Assembly (NCBI GenBank): GCA_963714095.1 | Contig: OY970230.1 | Location: 895,907-959,906 of the forward strand | Length of the DNA: 64,000 bases | Reading direction: 5' to 3' | Source: Candidatus Gottesmanbacteria bacterium | Lineage (GTDB): Bacteria; Patescibacteriota; Microgenomatia; UBA10105; UBA927 | Made by a program: the position numbers and the translations under genes | In this document: positions 1 through 9,183 of the stretch, piece after piece | Layout of the letters: each line of letters begins with the position of its first letter | Position numbering within the stretch: the first letter of the stretch is position 1 | The notes under the pieces: generated by a model | Seen by the model: only the letters and a program-made list of their open reading frames with translations | The model's database searches: none | What the model was told of the DNA's origin: nothing

Positions 1-28
1 CCCCGATTCCCAATTCACGTATGTCGGC

Positions 29-985
29 ATGCGGTCTGTAAATATTCTGGGACCCACACCGACTCCGACGCCGCAACCAAATATCGTTCAGATTATAGCA
101 GCGGTATTTGCACCATCGCCAACCCCTCTGCCTATTGTGGAGCTTCCGGCTGGACGGATTTTAACGGGAATATATGACCCGTCAGGAAGCTTTAACGATG
201 TGCACTTTGACATCAAACACAGCTTTACTGATTGGAATGATCCGTCAGAAATCAGCAATGCAATTACGGCAGCACAACAAGTCGGGGAATTTCCGATGGT
301 TACGGTACAACCCATACCGAAGCAGAATCTCAACCCTCTTTCGCTCCTACAGGACATTGCTGCGGGGAAATACGACGATACTATCAAGGCTATGGCGACT
401 ACAATATATCGCTTTGCGCCTCAAAAAGTAATCGTCCGATGGGGTCATGAGATGGACGTCTGCGGGGCATACGAATGGTCTACCTGCGTGCCGGGAAACT
501 TCATTCCAGCATACCGTCATGTGATAGACCTCATCCGAGCCCAGGGAGTCACGAACATCATCTGGATGTGGAGTCCTGCTGGCAATAACAATGCGGAACA
601 ATTTTGGCCGGGTAATGGCTACGTCGACCTCATTGGAGTCACAGACTTAAGCTCTGAGGATTGGGACAGAGATTTTAACAATAGTAAACCGTGGCCGCAG
701 CCTATGAACCAGCTGTTCTATTTACGCTACAGGCTTGCGGTGGAATATAACAAACCAATCATCATGACGGAGCTTGGTGTCGCTTACAGTGATCCAAATG
801 TCAACAAGACACAATGGTTTACTGACGGATTTCGTTCAGTGACACAGCAAAAATACCCATTGCTCATAGGGTGGGTCTATTTCAATGATGTGGGACAAAT
901 GAATGGCCACGTCTTGATTCTCCCCGATTTTCGGGTTACTCGCGAAGAGCTCTTAACGGGGCTTGCCGCAGGAGGTTATAAATGA
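29..985 (+). CDS. Glycoside hydrolase family 26-like protein (beta-mannanase-like). The reading frame is open to the window start, so the gene may be 5'-partial. PTPTPTP linker at the N-terminus.
   Basis: RWGHEMD motif typical of GH26/mannanase catalytic region. Pro-Thr linker. No in-frame stop upstream of Met at 29. Confidence 0.5.
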   Translation: MRSVNILGPTPTPTPQPNIVQIIAAVFAPSPTPLPIVELPAGRILTGIYDPSGSFNDVHFDIKHSFTDWNDPSEISNAITAAQQVGEFPMVTVQPIPKQNLNPLSLLQDIAAGKYDDTIKAMATTIYRFAPQKVIVRWGHEMDVCGAYEWSTCVPGNFIPAYRHVIDLIRAQGVTNIIWMWSPAGNNNAEQFWPGNGYVDLIGVTDLSSEDWDRDFNNSKPWPQPMNQLFYLRYRLAVEYNKPIIMTELGVAYSDPNVNKTQWFTDGFRSVTQQKYPLLIGWVYFNDVGQMNGHVLILPDFRVTREELLTGLAAGGYK

Positions 986-1719
986 ATAAAATTCTGGTCA
1001 CCGGTGGAGCTGGTTTTATCGGCTCACATCTCACCGCACGTTTAGTCGCTGAAGGGTACGACATTACTGTCGTCGATAACCTTTCCAGCGGGAAAAAGGG
1101 AAACGTGCCACGGGGGGCAAAACTGCACGTTATGGATATCCGCGACGCAAACGCGATGAATAAACTGTTCGCCACACATCACTTTGACGTGATGTTCCAC
1201 CAAGCGGCGCAAATGAGCGTTTTGCGGTCAATGAAAGATCCTTTGTACGACGCGGACGTCAATGTCAAAGGACTCATCACCTTGATGGAGGCAGGACGGA
1301 AAAACGGCCTTCGAAAGGTGGTGTTTGCCTCAAGCGGGGGTGTTATCTACGGGGAACCCGTCCATACGCCACAGCATGAGGATCATCCGCTGGCACCTAT
1401 GTCGCCGTACGGCATTTCCAAAATGGCAAGCGAAAAATACTTGCATTTCTATTGGAAAGTCTACGGTATCCCGACTGTGTCTCTGCGCTACGCGAATGTT
1501 TACGGCCCGCGGCAAAATCCACAAAGTGGTGCAGGCGTCATAGCCATGATGCTGGAAAAAATTCTCACAGGCAAGCAGACAAAAATCAACGGTGATGGGA
1601 CAAAAACCCGTGACTACGTGCATGTTGATGATGTCATCACCGCAAACCTGTACGCACTGGAGTGCGATGGACCCGATACGTTTAATATCGGCACTAGTTT
1701 TATGCCTTGTTTTTCCTGA
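982..1719 (+). CDS. NAD-dependent epimerase/dehydratase (GalE-like), apparently C-terminally truncated (245 aa versus ~310 expected).
   Basis: N-terminal TGGAGFIGSHL Rossmann motif and YxxxK-type SDR core. ORF stops right after the FNIGT region where GalE-like proteins normally continue. Overlaps the upstream gene stop (ATGA). Confidence 0.6.
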   Translation: MNKILVTGGAGFIGSHLTARLVAEGYDITVVDNLSSGKKGNVPRGAKLHVMDIRDANAMNKLFATHHFDVMFHQAAQMSVLRSMKDPLYDADVNVKGLITLMEAGRKNGLRKVVFASSGGVIYGEPVHTPQHEDHPLAPMSPYGISKMASEKYLHFYWKVYGIPTVSLRYANVYGPRQNPQSGAGVIAMMLEKILTGKQTKINGDGTKTRDYVHVDDVITANLYALECDGPDTFNIGTSFMPCFS

Positions 1720-1797
1720 CTATCTGCGAGTACTGCTGCTTCAAGAAGAGATGTCATGTGAAACGCATTCTGGCAAATATTTAGTCTAAATGCAAGT

Positions 1798-3174
1798 TTA
1801 ATATGAATCCAATGCTGCGAAAAGCTTCCTCGTATCGGATACAAGCGGTAACACTGATTGCGTGTAAAAATAACTGAGAGGCTCGTGAATTTGTCTTTGG
1901 TACGCTCCGTTTGATGATTCCCGAATATTCGGTATCTGCCCATAATAATGGTTCGCGGCCATAATGGCCATCTGTTCAAACATCGTATCGTCGGGCGTTC
2001 TCGCATGATCAAGAAAGTACGAAATTGATTTAGGGTTACTGAATTGCCAATTTTCTATATGAGATAACATAAGCGGATCGCCGAAAACAGTACCCGGACA
2101 TACACTTACGCCGAGTTTCGATGCATCTTCCGTGGCAAACTTTGAAAGTTCATGAAGTGCTTCCTGGGAAAGTTCATCGGTGTACACGATAATGTCGACA
2201 TCGCTTGTTGTAGGGTTAAAGCCTTGCGTACCCTCACGTACTACTGAACCAGTAACGCCCGAAGCAATAACGAACGGAAAACGATCAAATATGGCTTTGC
2301 TGAGGGAAAAAGCCTGTTCTTGCCGTACGGAAGATTCTCTGTTAAATTCTTCATCGGCGTACGGATGTTCGGTATGTTCGGCAATTTTACTTAAAAATCT
2401 TCCCCCTCTCCATTCAGGATGTTCTCCTGAAGCACAAATTGATAGAAGATCGCGGATGTATATCCGGTTAATCCTGTTTTCCTGGGGAATTTCAGAATAG
2501 GCATATTTTGTAATATCATGAGCATAAAATCCGATTAATCTCCGTATGAGAACGTCCATACTTCCGGTCGTTCCGTATACATCGTAGACGCCTTCTTTAA
2601 GTGCATAGCTCAGAGCTGAAAGAGGAAGGGGAGGATACCGATCCGGATCTTGCTGGCGGCGGCTCTCATACTCCTGCAATTTTTGATTGACGGCGAAAGA
2701 AACGATATTACGTTCGTTTATGTGTTGTTCTTGGGAGCGAGCATTTAGCACAGCTAAAATATTATCCTGGATGATGTACGATGGATTTTGTTGCAACATG
2801 GATATTCCAGTTGACAAGATGAATCGTTCATAAGAGTTTACTTTTCCGGATGCCACGCGTGTTGCAATGGGAAGCATGCGTTCTACTTTTGCATCCCGTA
2901 GACTTTGGCAAGATTTTAGAACCGCTTCGGATTCATGATATTTTTCTCCAATACCGCTGGTGTCTACGACTCGGCCATGTTTTTCGAATTGCGGTCGTTT
3001 TAACTCTTCCGCCTCCTCGCTAATAGCCTCTGAAAGATTCCAAAGTCTATTCTGTTCTGTGTTTAATTCCACCAGATGATTAATTTGGGAACGCAGTGGC
3101 AGGCGAGTAAACCAGAAAAGGTTTTTTGGTTCTACCTTTGGCACGGCACGAGCATATTCTGGAGAGGTATACAT
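1798..3174 (-). CDS. Hypothetical 458-aa protein with a polymerase-beta-type nucleotidyltransferase motif.
   Basis: GSVVREGTQGFNPTTSDVDIIVYTDE matches the G[SG]x9-13Dh[DE]h NTase signature. No other recognisable domain. Confidence 0.5.
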   Translation of the reverse strand: MYTSPEYARAVPKVEPKNLFWFTRLPLRSQINHLVELNTEQNRLWNLSEAISEEAEELKRPQFEKHGRVVDTSGIGEKYHESEAVLKSCQSLRDAKVERMLPIATRVASGKVNSYERFILSTGISMLQQNPSYIIQDNILAVLNARSQEQHINERNIVSFAVNQKLQEYESRRQQDPDRYPPLPLSALSYALKEGVYDVYGTTGSMDVLIRRLIGFYAHDITKYAYSEIPQENRINRIYIRDLLSICASGEHPEWRGGRFLSKIAEHTEHPYADEEFNRESSVRQEQAFSLSKAIFDRFPFVIASGVTGSVVREGTQGFNPTTSDVDIIVYTDELSQEALHELSKFATEDASKLGVSVCPGTVFGDPLMLSHIENWQFSNPKSISYFLDHARTPDDTMFEQMAIMAANHYYGQIPNIRESSNGAYQRQIHEPLSYFYTQSVLPLVSDTRKLFAALDSY

Positions 3175-3222
3175 AGAGCAAGGAGTATAGCATTAAACCT
3201 ATAGTAAGTCAATCTGAAGGAA

Positions 3223-4086
3223 TTATAAGATGGCAATCTTTACTCCCGGTCCCATGGTGGCGGTAAGGGTAGCTTTGGCGATTTTACTGCGGCCGACGGC
3301 GTCTAAGATTGCCGTCACGTTTTCCTCAAGCTTTTTATCTTCAAAGGATACTTTGCCCACGATGAGATGAATAATCGGCTGGTCAGGCTCGGTTTTGAAA
3401 TTGACCTTGCCGGTTGACAGTTCTTTTGCCCGCTTGGCGGTGTCTTCCGTCACCGTACCGGTTTTCGGGTTGGGCATCAGACCCTTCGGGCCTAAAATCC
3501 GTGCGACTTTTGCAAGCTTGGGCATCATGCTTGGCGCGGCAACTAATATATCAAAATTGATTTTTCCCTCGGCAACGTCCGCGATAATCGTGTCATCCGC
3601 AATAAGTACCCGCACCTGTTTGCCGGTCCCGTGCGGGAGCGATACAGAGCCTCTCATGTCCTTTTTCTCACCGAGTGATGCCGGATTTAAATTCATATGA
3701 AGTTCAACCGACCCGTCAAATTTTGTGAGACTTGTTTTCTTGACGAGTGACACGGCGTCTGTCAGGGGATAGGTTTTCGTTTTATCAACAAGGGAGGCCG
3801 CCTCGACATAGCGCTTGCTGCGGACCCGCGTCTTTTTCTGTTTTTTTGCTTTTTTGGCCGCTGCGTCGGCCGGTTTTTCGCCGCTTTCGACCTCTTCGAT
3901 CAGTTTCTTAAACTCCGGTTTAATATCCGTTCCTTCGACAACCGAAACGCGCTGTCCGCCCGAGAGGCCCAGGCCCTCCACTTTTTGTTTTTTGGAATCC
4001 TTTGTCTGGCGGCGTGCCTCAGCTCTTCGTTTTTGTTCTTTTTCTGCTTTTTCGTCGCCCATGGCGACGGCTCTGATTTTACCCAT
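3223..4086 (-). CDS. rplA: 50S ribosomal protein L1 with a ~90-aa Lys/Glu/Ala-rich N-terminal extension.
   Basis: Core aligns to L1 (…PHGTGK…LGPKGLMPNPKTGTVT…). Lies directly downstream of rplK. Confidence 0.9.
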   Translation of the reverse strand: MGKIRAVAMGDEKAEKEQKRRAEARRQTKDSKKQKVEGLGLSGGQRVSVVEGTDIKPEFKKLIEEVESGEKPADAAAKKAKKQKKTRVRSKRYVEAASLVDKTKTYPLTDAVSLVKKTSLTKFDGSVELHMNLNPASLGEKKDMRGSVSLPHGTGKQVRVLIADDTIIADVAEGKINFDILVAAPSMMPKLAKVARILGPKGLMPNPKTGTVTEDTAKRAKELSTGKVNFKTEPDQPIIHLIVGKVSFEDKKLEENVTAILDAVGRSKIAKATLTATMGPGVKIAIL

Positions 4087-4090
4087 AGAT

Positions 4091-4519
4091 TTATCCTTCC
4101 ACTTCTATTCCCATTGATCTGGCTGTTCCTGCGACGACTTTCATTGCTGCGTCCACGTTGTCGCAATTGAGATCCGGCAATTTATCGGTTGCGATTTTTT
4201 TCACCTGTTCTTTTGTTAATTTTCCTGCAGATTCATGGCCGGCTTTACCTCCGGCTTTATCGAGGGCCAGGAGTTTTTTAATCATGGCGGCAACAGGAGG
4301 AAGTTTGGTGATAAAGCTGAATGTGCGGTCTTCGTAGACAGTGATAACGGCCGGGATCGTTTCGCCTTTGAGTTTTGCAGTGCGCTCGTTGTACGCTTTA
4401 ACAAACTCCATAATGGGGAGTCCGTGCTGGCCGAGTGCCGGCCCTACTGGCGGCGCGGCCGTGGCTACCCCTGCGGGAAGATTAAGTTTAATGATTGTTT
4501 TAACTTTTTTTACTGCCAT
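4091..4519 (-). CDS. rplK: 50S ribosomal protein L11.
   Basis: MAVKKV…PPVGPALGQHG… L11 signature. Start chosen at the internal Met (MAVKK); the listed ORF begins 12 codons further upstream. Confidence 0.9.
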   Translation of the reverse strand: MAVKKVKTIIKLNLPAGVATAAPPVGPALGQHGLPIMEFVKAYNERTAKLKGETIPAVITVYEDRTFSFITKLPPVAAMIKKLLALDKAGGKAGHESAGKLTKEQVKKIATDKLPDLNCDNVDAAMKVVAGTARSMGIEVEG

Positions 4520-4665
4520 AGGATTTGAAAAACAAGAAGGGAACGGGGAATACACGAAGTATTTCGAAACCCTTCCGGTTTCTCCTACACGAGTTGCGTA
4601 GTAAAGGGAGTATAGCAGATATTATTTTGTTTGACAAATCGGGGGAAAAGAAATACGGTAGTAAT

Positions 4666-5409
4666 ATGGCTGGCGCAGGAAACGGTAATCAGGAACTTGT
4701 TGGTCAATTTCCACCACCGAAAAAATTATATTCACGGCGGGATTTTTTGAAATTAGGGGGTGCGGGAGTTGCAGCCACATTGCTTGCTGCGTGCGGTATA
4801 AAACCCACCGAAACTACAACTTCTCCATCCATTGTCGAACGCGCACCGTATAGGGAAGTAGAAAACGGTCAAACTATTAATCTTGTCTTACCCGGTGAAA
4901 TAAATCGGTCTCCGGTTGTTATTCAATATGACCAACAGGGAAACGATATTACACCTTTACAGATACGGGAGGATAAAAATCATCAGGAAACATTTCTAGC
5001 ATTCACAAATGGGGGAACGACATCCAGGAAAATGGGAGAGGTGGTCTTGCCGCAGATATATCGGGTAGTGGCAAATCCGAATATAATAGATAAAGACGGA
5101 AATCCATGTCCTCTTCATATATATCCCAGCGCAGTATCAGAGACCGGGAGTTCTGACTGGAGTGTATTGCCGCAAGGCGTTGAAACGTATGCACTTCCGG
5201 TTATAACATGCGTATCGGATGTTATGGGAGATAATCATCCTCCTATGGAACACAACGGACTTCCCATGAGTAATGAACCTGTGACTGAGTTTGGTCTCGG
5301 CGCATATATATTCACATTGGAAAAAATGAATGGAAAGATGACAGCGCATCGCGGGATGTTTCTTCACGATTTACGTGCTGTTATTCCGGCTCCCGGAAGT
5401 AAGGCTTAG
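4666..5409 (+). CDS. Hypothetical Tat-signal lipoprotein (247 aa), encoded convergently between nusG and rplK.
   Basis: SRRDFLKLGGAGVAATLLAAC is a twin-arginine motif followed by a lipobox Cys. Start taken at Met 4666 (MAGAGNG) because the longer ORF start at 4525 overlaps rplK. The 3' end overlaps the nusG stop by 4 nt. Confidence 0.6.
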   Translation: MAGAGNGNQELVGQFPPPKKLYSRRDFLKLGGAGVAATLLAACGIKPTETTTSPSIVERAPYREVENGQTINLVLPGEINRSPVVIQYDQQGNDITPLQIREDKNHQETFLAFTNGGTTSRKMGEVVLPQIYRVVANPNIIDKDGNPCPLHIYPSAVSETGSSDWSVLPQGVETYALPVITCVSDVMGDNHPPMEHNGLPMSNEPVTEFGLGAYIFTLEKMNGKMTAHRGMFLHDLRAVIPAPGSKA

Positions 5410-5987
5410 AGTTTTGCTACCTGCAAGAAGTCCAGTTCAACCGGGGTTTCGCGGCCGAAAATTGAGACAAGCACTTTAATTTTTCCCTTTTCCTCGTCAA
5501 TCGTATCAATCGTGCCCAAAAAGTCCGCAAACGGCCCGTCCACGATTTTGACTGCTTCGCCGACGGAAAACGACGCCTTATATTTGGGCGCTTCCATTTG
5601 CATAAACTTGAGGATCGTATCGACCTCTTTTTCCGAGATGGGGGTGGGTTTGTTGCCGGCGCCTACGAATGCGGTCACCCCTTGGGTGGTGCGGACGGCC
5701 AGCCACGACGTGTCATCCAATACCATTTTGACCAGAATGTAGCCCGGGAAAATTTTTTCTTTCTGCTCTTCTTTTTTGCCGTGTTTCACTGTGACGATGT
5801 TGCGGGTAGGCACTATGATTTCAAAAATTTTATCCGCAAGCTTCATCGTGTCGATCCGCTGTTTTAGGTTTGCGGCGACTTTGTTTTCGTGGCCGGAATA
5901 GGTATGCACGACGTACCATTTGGCGTTCACCGGAACGGCGGGAGCCTGCGGTTTCGGCGGTTCTACTATTGGTTGTTGATCGTTCAT
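5406..5987 (-). CDS. nusG: Transcription termination/antitermination factor NusG.
   Basis: NGN domain (KWYVVHTYSGHE) and a C-terminal KOW motif (GEAVKIVDGPFADFLGTI). Confidence 0.9.
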   Translation of the reverse strand: MNDQQPIVEPPKPQAPAVPVNAKWYVVHTYSGHENKVAANLKQRIDTMKLADKIFEIIVPTRNIVTVKHGKKEEQKEKIFPGYILVKMVLDDTSWLAVRTTQGVTAFVGAGNKPTPISEKEVDTILKFMQMEAPKYKASFSVGEAVKIVDGPFADFLGTIDTIDEEKGKIKVLVSIFGRETPVELDFLQVAKL

Positions 5988-5989
5988 AG

Positions 5990-6238
5990 TTATCTCTTAA
6001 ATAATAATGTTGTTGCCCTTACAAACAGCGCATCTAAGCCTCCGATGAAAGCGCCCACCAGTATCGAAATGACGATAACGATAACCGTCAGTTTCACCGT
6101 TTCCTCCCGCGTGGGCCACGTGACTTTTTTCAGTTCCGCCACGACCTCTTTAATAAATCTTCCCGGCGCGACGCTTGGTATGCTTGGTTTTTGTACTGTG
6201 TCCATATCCGTATGATACCAAGGTTTCTTCCTAAACAA
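5990..6238 (-). CDS. secE: Preprotein translocase subunit SecE.
   Basis: Single C-terminal TM helix and the KEVVAELKKVTWPTREE motif. Sits immediately upstream of nusG. The true start could be the internal Met. Confidence 0.8.
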   Translation of the reverse strand: MFRKKPWYHTDMDTVQKPSIPSVAPGRFIKEVVAELKKVTWPTREETVKLTVIVIVISILVGAFIGGLDALFVRATTLLFKR

Positions 6239-6301
6239 AACCCCCTCCCAGGGGTTACTTCACTGTGTACTATAGCAAAAAAGGCTCGGTTTGTAAAGAG
6301 G

Positions 6302-8245
6302 TTATGGACATTGGAAGTTATTGAAAAAATCGACGGTCCAGTTATACATCTGATCGTTTGGTGAGTACGGGCTTTTTCCTGTTTCTGGACAATAGGTCAT
6401 ATACATCAGACGTTCCCTGAACATATCGGTAACGTTCCAGTTGCCGCATGATGTGGCCTGTTTGGTCGGAGCTAACGTTGCTGTTGATACGCCGAGACAG
6501 GAACTATACTGTGTAATATCGGCTGGCAGTTGCATATTCATATTGGCACTTAGCATCTTTGCAACTGCAGCTGTTTGATCCAAAAAATTGCAAAGTTTTT
6601 CATTTCCTGTGTGACTTGGATCAACTGCGTCTACTGCGGTTTTGTATAATTCAAACGTATCGGCTCGCATTCCATACGGATATGCTGCGGATGTTGTGGT
6701 ATTACAAAATGGCATGGTGGCTCCACAAAAACTCCAGTTTTTTACATTATCATCTGTCCAGGTCGCTCCTCCCATGTATTGCGGCATGCCGGCTTCGGCA
6801 AAAAGTGTTAAGAGAAGCATTTTTGGTGGGACATGATAGGTGTCGCCGACTTTTTGCAGAATTTGGATCATGGTGGGCGGTATTACCCCATTGGGAAAGA
6901 ATGAAGCATTGATGTTTGTAATATTTCCGGGATGACAGAGGGTACAGGAATTGTCAGTAAGGGAAAAATTTGGGAGCGTTGTGCCGCATGCGCCCGGCGT
7001 GGGGGTTCCCTGAATACCTGGGGTAGAAATCGGAGTAGAATTGGGATCTATCGTCGGGCCCGGTCCTACCCAATTAGTATTGCATGCAGTCGGATCGCCG
7101 GGGATAGCTTTATCCTGGTAATCCGCTTCGGCTAGCGTGCAATTGGTATATATTCCGGCATTTTCGATGCGTGCGTCAAACGCATTACTATTAGCTTGAG
7201 TAACAGTATCTTGTGTACCACCGATGTTTAGTATCCACCCCTGTTTTTGGTCACTGGCGTTGGGATTATTCGCATTAAACGCAGGATTAATCCCGTCCTG
7301 CCGATACATAGCATTTGCAGCGCCGCCCGCTGCACAAAGTCCCTCTTTTTGGGATTCAGTGGTATAGGCGACCGGGTTCATATCCGCTGACGTTGCGCAC
7401 CCGGCAAAGAGTGCTGAAACGTGTGGGCTAAATGTTTCGTTGCCCGTCCCGACAATTTTGGCCGTATATGATTGGCCGTTTTTCGTCAGGAGGTTGATTA
7501 TGTCTTGCGTGAGATTGGCGAAAAAATTGATAGTGCTGTTTGCAATGGTGCCCCCATAATTATTTGTACCCTGAAACGTTTTTTGATCTTGGTTGACCTG
7601 TGTGCCTCCGCTGAAATTTGACGGGCATGGAAGCGCTGCATCCTTATTAATGGTTATGTTTGGCTGGCGGAAATCCTGTGATTCCTGCACGTAGTTGGTG
7701 GTAAATGATGCAAGTTGTTGTGTACCTTGAATGAGCGCGTTCTTTGACGGTAAATTAGCGGTGCTTATCGTATCGTTACTCACGATCCCGTCACCGATAA
7801 GTTTACCATTTTGGTCATAGAAACATGCCCGGCTTGTCATGGAGCCTGATTTTTCTGTTGTGTCAGGTTGTTCGATTGCCTGCAGGTCTGCAAGGTTTAA
7901 GTCTGTATCGGTTGCCGTCTGTATTTGGTTCGCGAATGCATTTAATTTATTAGTCCCGATGTTGTAGGCACCGTTAGGTTTTAACTCTCCAAGGCCTTGT
8001 AGTACTGTCTTTGTTACTCCACTGTTGTTGCCGAATAGTCGTGCTACGATTTGGGCTATCATTTGTGCAGTGAGGCTTAAAGGTATGACTGTGTTGGCGC
8101 TATCACCGGGAGAAAGACAGGTGGACGAAGGGTCGGTGGAGCATCCTTGTATGGCAAATAATGAATCAACTGCATGGACGGGAACGACGTCCACAAGAAC
8201 GAAAATGAAGAGAAACAGGATAACAAAACCCCGGATATACCGCAT
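6302..8245 (-). CDS. Large secreted Asn/Thr/Gly- and Cys-rich protein (647 aa), function unknown.
   Basis: N-terminal signal peptide (MRYIRGFVILFLFIFVLVDVVPVHA). About 14 Cys residues concentrated at the C-terminus. No recognisable catalytic motif. Confidence 0.6.
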   Translation of the reverse strand: MRYIRGFVILFLFIFVLVDVVPVHAVDSLFAIQGCSTDPSSTCLSPGDSANTVIPLSLTAQMIAQIVARLFGNNSGVTKTVLQGLGELKPNGAYNIGTNKLNAFANQIQTATDTDLNLADLQAIEQPDTTEKSGSMTSRACFYDQNGKLIGDGIVSNDTISTANLPSKNALIQGTQQLASFTTNYVQESQDFRQPNITINKDAALPCPSNFSGGTQVNQDQKTFQGTNNYGGTIANSTINFFANLTQDIINLLTKNGQSYTAKIVGTGNETFSPHVSALFAGCATSADMNPVAYTTESQKEGLCAAGGAANAMYRQDGINPAFNANNPNASDQKQGWILNIGGTQDTVTQANSNAFDARIENAGIYTNCTLAEADYQDKAIPGDPTACNTNWVGPGPTIDPNSTPISTPGIQGTPTPGACGTTLPNFSLTDNSCTLCHPGNITNINASFFPNGVIPPTMIQILQKVGDTYHVPPKMLLLTLFAEAGMPQYMGGATWTDDNVKNWSFCGATMPFCNTTTSAAYPYGMRADTFELYKTAVDAVDPSHTGNEKLCNFLDQTAAVAKMLSANMNMQLPADITQYSSCLGVSTATLAPTKQATSCGNWNVTDMFRERLMYMTYCPETGKSPYSPNDQMYNWTVDFFNNFQCP

Positions 8246-8305
8246 GTAATTTCATCATAGCAAATTGACAAGTATCTTGCATGGGCGATACAATCGAGGG
8301 TACAC

Positions 8306-9181
8306 ATGAACAAACAGACAGTCCGCAAGGCCGTTATCCCGGCTGCAGGTTTTGGTACCAGGTTTCTTCCGCAGACCAAGGCTATGCCCAAGGAAATGCT
8401 CCCGATTGTGGATAAACCCGTCATTCAATACGTTGTCGAGGAACTTGTCGCCTCCGGTATTACCGATATTGTCATCGTCACCGGCTGGAACAAACGCGCA
8501 ATCGAGGACCACTTTGATTACCCTAACGAGCTTATCCAGATGCTCAAAGATCAGGGAAAAGATGACCTTTTGGATTCGGTGAAAAAAACCGCGGAACTTG
8601 CCAACTTCATCTATATCCGGCAAAAAGGCCCGTACGGGAACGGAACGCCGGTACTCTGCGCCAGGTCCGTCATCGGCAACGAACCGTTTGTTGTCATTTG
8701 GGGTGATGAGTTTATTTATGCGCACCCGCCCCGGGCCCGTCAATGCATCGAAGTTTTTGAGAAATACGGAGACCCGGTGATTTCTGCAGTACGCGTGCCC
8801 AAGTCGGACGTATCGCGTTATGGTATTGTTGAGGCACGAAACGTAGAAAAAAATATCTGGCAGATAGAAAAATTACTGGAGAAGCCGTCCCGCGAAGAAG
8901 CGCCCAGCAATCTCGCTGCCCACGGCTGTTATGTACTGACCCCGGATATTTTTCCGTTGTTGGAAAAAGCCAGGCCGGGTAGAGGCAACGAAATTTGGCT
9001 CACCGACGCCATTAAAGAGTTGATGAAATCACGGCCGGTGTATGCCTGCGAGGTCAAAGACGCAAAGTATTACGATACGGGCAATAAACTGGAATACCTC
9101 AAAACCGTCGTCGAGTTTGCGCTGCAGCACAAAGACCTAAACGGCGATTTCCGGCAGTATCTGAAAAGCCTCAAGCTGTAG
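8306..9181 (+). CDS. galU: UTP--glucose-1-phosphate uridylyltransferase.
   Basis: KAVIPAAGFGTRFLPQTKAMPKEMLPIVDKP signature. Confidence 0.85.
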   Translation: MNKQTVRKAVIPAAGFGTRFLPQTKAMPKEMLPIVDKPVIQYVVEELVASGITDIVIVTGWNKRAIEDHFDYPNELIQMLKDQGKDDLLDSVKKTAELANFIYIRQKGPYGNGTPVLCARSVIGNEPFVVIWGDEFIYAHPPRARQCIEVFEKYGDPVISAVRVPKSDVSRYGIVEARNVEKNIWQIEKLLEKPSREEAPSNLAAHGCYVLTPDIFPLLEKARPGRGNEIWLTDAIKELMKSRPVYACEVKDAKYYDTGNKLEYLKTVVEFALQHKDLNGDFRQYLKSLKL

Positions 9182-9183
9182 AT

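Noticed and set aside
4525-4665. Long N-terminal extension of the lipoprotein ORF (start at 4525) overlapping rplK.
   Set aside because: The Tat motif and lipobox begin right after Met 4666. The upstream part overlaps the rplK coding and promoter region, so the shorter start was preferred.
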